Shown here piece by piece: positions 55,851 to 64,000 of a DNA stretch of 64,000 bases. Source of the DNA: Thalia democratica (Eukaryota); assembly GCA_965202585.1 (NCBI GenBank), contig OZ241827.1, positions 58,032,001-58,096,000 of the forward strand. The letters run 5' to 3'. How positions within the stretch are numbered: position 1 is the first letter of the stretch; each line of letters opens with the position of its first letter. The notes under the pieces were generated by a model that searched no databases, was not told the origin of the DNA, and was given only the letters and a program-made list of their open reading frames with translations. Both the position numbers and the translations under genes were made by a program.

Positions 55851-58800
55851 GACTTGTCTGAATTTAATTTTGCGTTTCAATGTAAACTGATGCTTGCTTG
55901 TTACAATTATACGCAAAGTTTTTTTTTACATCATGCAATAAAATCCATCAATCTACTGAGCCAATTCTTAATTTAGTACCCAATTTATTTTGTTTACAAA
56001 AACTTGATGTGATCGATATTTTTTTTTGCTTAGGGTGCTTTTAATGCAGCGTTAAATTTCTGTAAATGAGCACGAAAAAATTTAATTATTCAGACACATA
56101 TAATCAGGTACCTTTTAACAATCTATCAATCATTTAACATTTACTGACAGATGGGTTTATGATACCACAAAGATATTTCAGCATATTAACTCATCTAAAA
56201 CTGATGTAAATTGAAGATCCTTTTAAGCTTCCAAATATGAAAATATTGAAAACCCAAAATTTAACTTTCAACTTTCTGATTCACGGCTATTCTTAAAACT
56301 TAAAGCATTTAAACTAACCCATGAATAATCATTTTACTTAAGTTAAAACAAATATATTTAACATTGTTTACCAATTTAAGTTATTTTTGATAACTACCGA
56401 TCATTAAAGAACCTACTTTTAAACATAACATAATGTGTGTTATCGCATCAAAGCATAGGAAAATGTCAAAATTTCACCATTGTCTCTCAGACTTAAGCTG
56501 TTTTACTATATATAACAAAGCGAGTGTCATGTAATATCTTGTCATTTTGCTGAGTCACCAAACAGCAGACGATGTTATCTTGCACACAGTTATTAATTGC
56601 TATAATTAGGAGCGCGCTTTATTTCAAGATTAAATACTTTCTGTTGGCTCGGTCGCTACAGAGAGTAAGGTAGCAGCAAATGTACAGCTGTAAGCTTATG
56701 AAAATAAAATTTTAAGAAACCCAAACAAGTATAAAAAAATAAAAATGTTTTTATTGTTAAGGTAAACTAGATTTAAGTTTAAGTGAGCATAAAAAAAAAC
56801 AAGTTGTATCTCTTGGAAGTTTAATCTGAATTAGACGTTGTAAATATATTTCTAAAGAATAAAATTCCAGAAGCAAATGAATTTATTTTAAGCTTAACAA
56901 AACTTTCTCCACGTAAACAAAATGACAAGCGTAGGCGTTACACGAACAGTCACGAGTTTACAGCGAAATGACAAATGTTTATTTGAATTGTATTTGAATT
57001 TTATTTGCTTGCAACCGCACAATCCTTCTCTGTCACAACTCGAGTACCTTTTAAACAGTTCACTTTTCACTTTTAATTTTTTAGTTTTTGCATTTAAGCC
57101 CAAATATTGCCAGCAGTTTACATTAGAAATTCCCTTTCTAGCACTTAAATTTTTTACCATCAGAGAATTTTTCGTTTTGGGTTTGTCTGCCGTTGCTTAA
57201 AAAAATGAAACGTCTGGAAAGGGTTTTGAAGCTGAAATAAATTCTTCGACCCTGAAAGAATCTTATAAAAAGAAAGTTTTTAAAGCTGGCGTGGTGAAAA
57301 TTTTTAAGAAGCTGTCATGCGACTTAATCTCATTCTTCTTCGAGAGGCGAGTAAAACGCCCCTCTGATAAAAAGGAAAAGTTTTTAAAAAACACAAAAGC
57401 GAGTGCACTTCAAACTGTGCCACCTACTGAAATAAGAAATAATTTTAAAAGTTTAATCTCGCCATGCCTTTCCCTTTCGCAGAGAGCTACTTCACAATGT
57501 GCTAGTATTGCAATTAAATACAGATCAAAATTAAATCTGGCGTTGCCATTAAAATCCATTCAAAATATAAAGTAGCAAAGTAGCACAAGAGAGCTGAGCG
57601 GTTGAAGTTATATGAGATGATGAGAAAAAGTTAGCTCGTAGGTGGCTCGTTGATTTAATCACTGAGGAAAGCAATTGTAAATAAGATCTCACAAGCAGAT
57701 AACCTTGGCTGACTTGCGTGGTGCTAATAACACGATTTCACAGCAAATTTCAAGTAATTAGCTGCTAAACTGCTGTTTTGTAAACATCAGGCGTCTTAGG
57801 TGGCTTTGAAGCTGATGTGTTTCCAAAGAAAAATATTTGTTTAATTGGGTTTAATTATCCAGTAATAGCTTTAAGTTGTTTTAACACTCGAAGTAAAATT
57901 CATTTGAGTGCAAAAAAAAAAAACAATTAATAATATAATGTTTTTCCCCTAAAAAGCGTCTAAACGGTAAACATTAAAATACACTTAAATTTATAAAGTA
58001 GTTTCCGACTTTTTAGCTGTTTATCCACTAGTAAAACTAAAAGAAAATCAAAATTTTTAATAGAAAGCCAACAAATGATAAGCATGAACTCGGGATTAAG
58101 CGAAATCCGCAGCATGGCAAAAATCCTGAACAAAATTCTACCTAAAAAAAAGTAAAAATAAATCAACTAAAATTGCGCGCGTGCCTTGACAGGCCACTGC
58201 TTCTACTTCTGCTGAATTTTAAAACTAAAATTAGAAATTCGAGCCATGAACTTGCCGCGAACGGAAACATTCGAAAGTCGAGTATCACGGAGTGAATTAT
58301 TTTTGACCAGAAAAAAATAAAACTTTGCTTACAAAGCGCGCTGTAAACAAAAAGCGTGGTATGAATACGTGGTGCTAAAAATAAAGAAGTTTTTTGTTTC
58401 ACTGTGCTTTTTTTACTAGGCTAAATTTTTAACAGCTGTTTTTTTTTTTGTGTTTTTGTAACTAGTGCAGTTTCATTCGTGTTTAAGTGTTTACTTGGTA
58501 CCTGTTTAAGCCTTAAAGCAAACAAGTTGTTGGAACAAAAGCCGTTAAAATATAAAGCTTCTGTTTTCATTTCTCAGCAAAAAAAAAATTTGCATGCAAA
58601 TAACGTTTATTTCATTTAATCCGTGTGTTAAGCATTTGTTTAACCCGCAGTAGGCAAGCTTAAATTTCGAGCAATGAAATAACTGAAAAGATGCTCACAT
58701 ATTGCACGTGTTTCGCTGTATTAACGTTCAAACTGCAAACAAGTCAGCTGAGCACAATGGGCTCCTTTACATCAGTTTACCCTGGCAATTTCTCTTTTGT

Positions 58801-59402
58801 GCGAGAAACTACTGCCTCAATAAAAATCAACACAATCAAATATTTTGCATATTTTTATCTGTGTGTACTTTTTTTTATAGAAAAAGACATATGGCATGAT
58901 CGGTTTTTAGTCGTGCAAGAAGAAATGAAGCTTTGTAACGAACTTTTTTAAGCGTTCACGAGCTAAGTTTTTGTTTCAGCTAGGTATATGTGAATAAAAT
59001 AATATTTTTGTATGCTTTGTTTACAAAATAGTTAACACAAACATATACTTAGCTTCTCGTAAAAACCGGTTAGAAATTCAAAAATTGATTGAAATCCATT
59101 TAAGGTAATGGTGATTTAATTTAAACTCAGATGCGCAAAAATTGAAATAAGAGCTTATTTAAGTTAATAAATTTGTTATGAAATGCTTCTGAGAGGTAAA
59201 AGGGTATACTGTGTAACTGAATACTATAATTTAAAATGTCTGAAACTAGTTGGAATTAAGGTAACAAATATTTGTGTGGTATCCTGTTATAAATTGTTTT
59301 ATAGCACTAAGTGTGTTTTGAATTTTAAAACATTTATATGAGGAATACAAGTATTTTCTATTTGTTTCTACAATAAAACAAATGTTTAAGCACTGCTTTG
59401 GT

Positions 59403-59446
59403 TTATTACCTGGTTTCGGTGAGCCTTAGCCGACCTTTTCAAATAA
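59403..59446 (-). ncRNA. Minimal type-I hammerhead ribozyme (U3-A8 variant core)
   Basis: RNA UUAU-UUGAAAA-GGU(CGGCUAAGGCUC)ACC-GAA-ACCAGGU-A-AUAA: 4-bp stem I, stem II, palindromic stem III, GUA cleavage triplet. Confidence 0.7.
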
Positions 59447-59710
59447 TTTCAAAACAGTAAATAACATTTAGACATTGGCAGTAATGTGAATCTGAACTCA
59501 TTGATGCGTAAAAAATAAATAAACATTAACTATTCAAATTTTAATGAAAAATGCATAATTAGGTGAACTAAATATTGGTATTAATTAATAAATAAAAATA
59601 AAAGAAATTAAAAAACTAAATGCAGTAATATAAACGAAAACACAACAAATTCTTAACAAAATTCTGAAAAAAACTAACGGATGATTAAAATGCTAAAAAT
59701 ATTTAAATTA

Positions 59711-60904
59711 TTAGGTTTTAGACTCATTCCAATAGAATAATAAAAATTTGTTTTTGTGCCTGCAAGAACTCATTACTTCTGATCTTTTATTAATACAGTT
59801 CTTATCTGCTTGTAGGATCTTTAATGCTTCTTTCAAGCACAACCTGCACGTCTCGATTCTCGGTCTTGATTCATATTCTTTTTCCAGTATTGTCCAAGTC
59901 AATTCAAAATTCTTATTTTCGTTCTTCAATGTGTGGATGTATTTTGATAGCTCAGTTGCTTGTTTGTATTGAATGTAATTTCTATCTTCTGGGTTGCTAT
60001 TTATTGTTGTTCTGTGGGTTGCCACTCTTTTTTTAAATTGGTTGGCGCTTAGACCAATATATGATTTAGTTGCATTGTCAGTTTTTACTGTGGCCTGGTA
60101 TATGACATTTTTTGCTCTACAGTTACCGCCTTTCAAAGGACATTTCACTTTGTTTCTACAGTTACATGTTTCATCTTCATCATTCTTGTTGCAGTTTGTG
60201 AGCTTCTTGTTATGATTCTTTATGATTGTCTCAATGTTTGGTAAACAGCTGTAACTTAATTTGATGTTGTTCTTATTCAAGTATTTTTTGAATTTACTGT
60301 CTACTCCGAAGTATTTGTTTATTATTTGGAGAAATTTCTTGCCAATGTTTGTTTTTATTGATTTGCAGTATGGTGGATTAAACCATATTATTTTTCTTTT
60401 TCTTTTTCTAGGCCGTTTCTTTCCATCATCTTCATCTTTGAACTTTATTTTGTAATTATAGCCACTTAACTTTATTGCGTCATTGTAATCTTTACTTATT
60501 TCATTGAATAGATTTTCATTGCTAGAATTTTTGGAAAGTCTTTCTTCTATCATTTTTGGGATTTGTTTCAGTATTGCTGGAGGGTGGTTGGACTTTGAAT
60601 TAATATATATAATTTTGCTGTTTTCTTTTCTATATGGTTGGAATGTGTGATTGAAGCTTAGGTCTAGATAGTTAATTTTACGTGAAGGATTTTCAATATC
60701 TAACTTTATTCCCATTTCTTTTGATATGTTGTGCATGGATTTTTTAATTTTCTCTATATCAATATTACTTTTGTTTTTTTCTATGACCATTAAGCCATCG
60801 TCGCGGTACAGTCCTGTTGTTAGGTTTGGGAGCGCATTCTTGAGTTTATGTAGTATATAGAGACCTACTAGTTCGCATATTTCCGCTCCATGCTTACCTC
60901 CCAT
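59711..60904 (-). CDS. Penelope-like RT C-terminal half plus GIY-YIG endonuclease (truncated ORF, 397 aa)
   Basis: GAEICELVGLY, catalytic YRDD, NHPP, IIWFNPPY, CNCx5Cx6C knuckle, VIY-x12-YIG, FKKR..H, CRLCLKE, INKRSE..CRH; no internal stops. Confidence 0.92.
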   Translation of the reverse strand: MGGKHGAEICELVGLYILHKLKNALPNLTTGLYRDDGLMVIEKNKSNIDIEKIKKSMHNISKEMGIKLDIENPSRKINYLDLSFNHTFQPYRKENSKIIYINSKSNHPPAILKQIPKMIEERLSKNSSNENLFNEISKDYNDAIKLSGYNYKIKFKDEDDGKKRPRKRKRKIIWFNPPYCKSIKTNIGKKFLQIINKYFGVDSKFKKYLNKNNIKLSYSCLPNIETIIKNHNKKLTNCNKNDEDETCNCRNKVKCPLKGGNCRAKNVIYQATVKTDNATKSYIGLSANQFKKRVATHRTTINSNPEDRNYIQYKQATELSKYIHTLKNENKNFELTWTILEKEYESRPRIETCRLCLKEALKILQADKNCINKRSEVMSSCRHKNKFLLFYWNESKT

Positions 60905-63900
60905 GGGAATTTGTTTCTACAAAATTCAATTATAAAGGTATAAATTTTAAATTTTTTTGTAAAATTGGTTTTAAAGTTTAATACAAACTAAAACTTCCCA
61001 GCTGTAATTTAAAATAACATTAACATTTAAATGTTTAACTTTTATTCCAATAACTTGTTTTACAACATTTATGATATAGCAATCTTATTAAAACCTACTA
61101 AAGTTAACCTTAACAGTTTAATTAAACTTGTAAAAACAATTGCTATAGTGGTTTTAAGTTTCTTAAAGCTTTAACTTTTAAATATTAAAGTTTATACAAA
61201 GCTTAGTAAGTATGAGAAATGTCCTAACAGAAATCAAAACTTCCTTCAAAACAGCTCTTAACTATTCATGTACTTTTCTTATTTATCTCATGTGTTCTTT
61301 TATTGATCCTAGTTGTTAAAAATAAATTTGTCTATATATAGATGTTCAAAAATACTTATAATATACTTTTGTTTATGAAATGAATATTTTTTATTAGCCT
61401 AAAGTTTTTAAATAACTTTAAGTTTCGTATGCAAAAGTTCTTTGCTTTTTTTCTTAACTTACAAACTAACTTGTTTCGTTTAATTGTTCCTAGCCAATAT
61501 GTTTATTTAAAAATGCTAATAATACTAATACTTATAAGTGAATTTTCTACAATAAAAATAATGTTGATGAGTAGCTAGCTATTTTTTATAAATATTTTGA
61601 AACACGTCAAAAATGTTTGCAGCAAATTTAACATGAATAAACTAAACTATAAAATAAATTTATTTCATAACACATCTTTATAGCAGCAGATTATAAAGTT
61701 CAAACTGCTTATAAATTATTTATGTGTGCATACTTCAATAAGATTTTCAATAAAACTGTTTCAAACCAAGCCACTTTCAGGCTTCATTTTTTAATAAAAA
61801 CTTGTATATGTTAAAAATTAAATCTTAAAGCTTTACTGATTAGAAAACAATATTTGTTTATAAAATATCAAATCTGACTTTTTACTAAAAACTCAGAGCT
61901 TAATCAAAAGTACTAAAACAAAACTTATCGGCCACAAAAACCATTAAAGGCATTAAATGAGATTTGATGTTTATGTTTCAAAGAAAAAAAACTTCGACAT
62001 TGTTCATGCGTAACGCTTTTAATTGATTTATGTTTGCAGTTATCATGTTTTAAAATTCTCTAGCAAAAAGTTGAAGGGAAAATAAGCAGCGTTGTTATCA
62101 ATTTACTTTTATTTTTTATCTTATTTGTGCTCTCTGTGCGCACATCAACAAAAAACGCAAACATGCAAACTGTTTAAAAAAAAAAGTAGTTGTTATCAGT
62201 TTGCCGTTTACCAAACAAATAAGAGTGTTGCTGAAACAAAACAAAAACATTTCCTATTTTGTTCCGATCACGTTTTTGTGCCGAATTTCGCTGGAATTCG
62301 TTAATTAAATTACCATGCTTAGTCATTTAAGTTTAACACAAACCTAAACACAAGGACGTACGTAAACAATCGGAAGGCAGTTTTTAAATTAAATAATTTG
62401 ATTTTAATGATTAGAAGCATTAATTATTCGTCGTTAAACTCGCTGTTTTGACACATTTGGAACTTCCTTGAACCTACATGCAGATGTTCAACTAGAGTGA
62501 AAAATTACAAAAAAAAAAAAATAAATGTATTGAGAAACGCTCTCACTTGTTTTGGCCCATAGTTAATACTGAATGGCTTAACATGCACCTTCTCAGTAAG
62601 CAATTGTTGCGTCATAATGTTTGCACAAGAATTTAATTTCTGGCCACAGCTTTCTGAGAAGCTGTCTGGTGGGCGCAATTTGACACTGTTCCACATAATC
62701 TCAGGGTAAAGGACAAAACACAAAGTGCTTGGTTGCCAAGCGACCAGGGGATTCGCTGACGTCTGAGAGACTTTAGAAAACAATTTGTGATGCGATTTGA
62801 ATGGATTGTGATGTAATTTCGCCGTAATCTTTATCCCTCTCAAGCCCCCATTAAAACAAAAGCAGAGGAGATAAACGACAAAAGTGATGTTTACGACTGA
62901 GGTCGGGTAAAGCTTCAGACATGCAGATTTCAAAGATTAAATTACTGGCGAAAGACAACAGTTGCTTCTCAATAAAGCAAGAGACCGGTTAAGACAGTTT
63001 TTATATTGAGCTTCTTCGCTTAAATCTTTCAAAACAGTTGTACTTGCATTAGCTTTTGAAAATCTTGTTTTTATATATAGTTTATGTTGTGAAGACTGTG
63101 CTTATAGTGATATGTGTCAAACATAAAACTTAACGTTACTTTAAACTAAGTTTCTATAATGTTCTCAACAGCTATTAAGAGTGTTAAGAGTGTTAAGAGT
63201 ATTTTTATATATATAAGTGTCTAAAAAAATCAAGAAAAATAATCTAATGAATACGAAGTTTTGAGATCTTTTGTAGATCATAAAGGTTTATTAATTAAAA
63301 GATATTTTACTAAATTAGTCTATACAAGCACTGTTAGAGAGTTCAACTTAAAACACTAACAGTTATATCAAAAATCAACTCAAAAAATTCCAAAAACATA
63401 TTCTTAACGAACCCTTTTCAGCCGTTAAAACTTTCTCAGAAAGAATTTAGCATTGCAAAATGATGACAAATAAATCATATCAAACTAGCTATTAGGGAGA
63501 GTTATCTCTACACGCTGTATGACATTAGAAACATGCCAGGCAGGCCACATAAAAGAAGGCTCAGCTGCGCAACCAATAACAAGCAGGCAGAGCTGCCTGT
63601 CAAGTAACAATATAGTGGACTCTTTGTTCTGCCATCTCGCTAAATAGCCGGTGCTTGTGACTGACGTTTGATTACGAGATAATTGTGTTGAATGGCGAAA
63701 GTGTTGAGAAACTATCAAGACGACGCAATCGGACGTCAAATACAAAGCAACAGTGTTTTGAGGACCAGAGGTCAGCCAAGGTGCAAGGCGACGCCGAATA
63801 TTTTTATCGAGGTCCGCGCTTTCATAGGACGGCTTAAATCGCTTGCTACATAAACACAAAAGTGCTACTGTTCGCAGCGAATTACCGTTGTGATACGAGG

Positions 63901-64000
63901 ATAACCATCAGAAACCTTACTAAACCCAAATCGCGCTCGAGCTCAAAATAAGATAAAAGCTGTCGAGTATTAAACAAACACTTCACAGCAGCGGTGGCCA

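Larger units (their letters stand above)
59374..60908 (-). mobile_element. 5'-truncated Penelope-like retroelement (Naiad-like), flanked by a 14-bp TSD
   Basis: ATTTGTTTCTACAA at 59360-59373 and 60909-60922; ORF starts mid-RT; hammerhead motif in the 3' terminal region. Confidence 0.9.

Noticed and set aside
59711-60904. Selenocysteine recoding as reported for some Naiad elements
   Set aside because: No in-frame TGA in the surviving ORF; the knuckle cysteines use normal Cys codons.
63485-63859. 124-aa minus-strand ORF in a GC-richer block at the right edge
   Set aside because: No recognisable domain or splice-consistent link; more likely regulatory or UTR sequence.
13100-64000. Most short ORFs in the supplied track (e.g. 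18211, 18723, 20947, 24209, 26075, 44936, 52747, 59748-60455)
   Set aside because: They are antisense or alternative-frame shadows of real exons or of the PLE ORF, or Phe/Leu/Lys-rich products of AT-rich intron, often with non-ATG starts.

Overview
Very AT-rich animal genomic DNA with GT-AG introns; an invertebrate, plausibly an ascidian/tunicate (inference only). The window is dominated by a minus-strand ADAMTS-like (punctin; ADAMTSL1/3 / MADD-4 type) gene. I hand-assembled it from 33 phase-consistent exons (about 55442 to 19316, about 1720 aa: 13 TSP1 repeats, Cys-rich/spacer module, 4 Ig domains, no PLAC exon found). Its large central intron holds an extra signal-peptide-encoding exon (36794-36514) in the correct phase to make a short 3xTSP1-Ig isoform, echoing nematode MADD-4B. 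Convergent on the plus strand is an LDLa-repeat, LRR-less LGR/GRL101-type 7TM receptor gene (5681-13086) carrying one nonsense codon and two 1-bp frameshifts. A 5'-truncated Penelope-like retroelement (59374-60908) has a 14-bp target-site duplication and a minimal hammerhead ribozyme with a U3-A8 covariant core. Also present: two inverted copies of a TA-flanked MITE, a foldback element, a probable L1/Tx1 relic, a decayed KPEDN-repeat coding relic, several tandem repeats, and one exon of a gene running off the left edge. All coordinates were counted by hand and may be off by a few bases.
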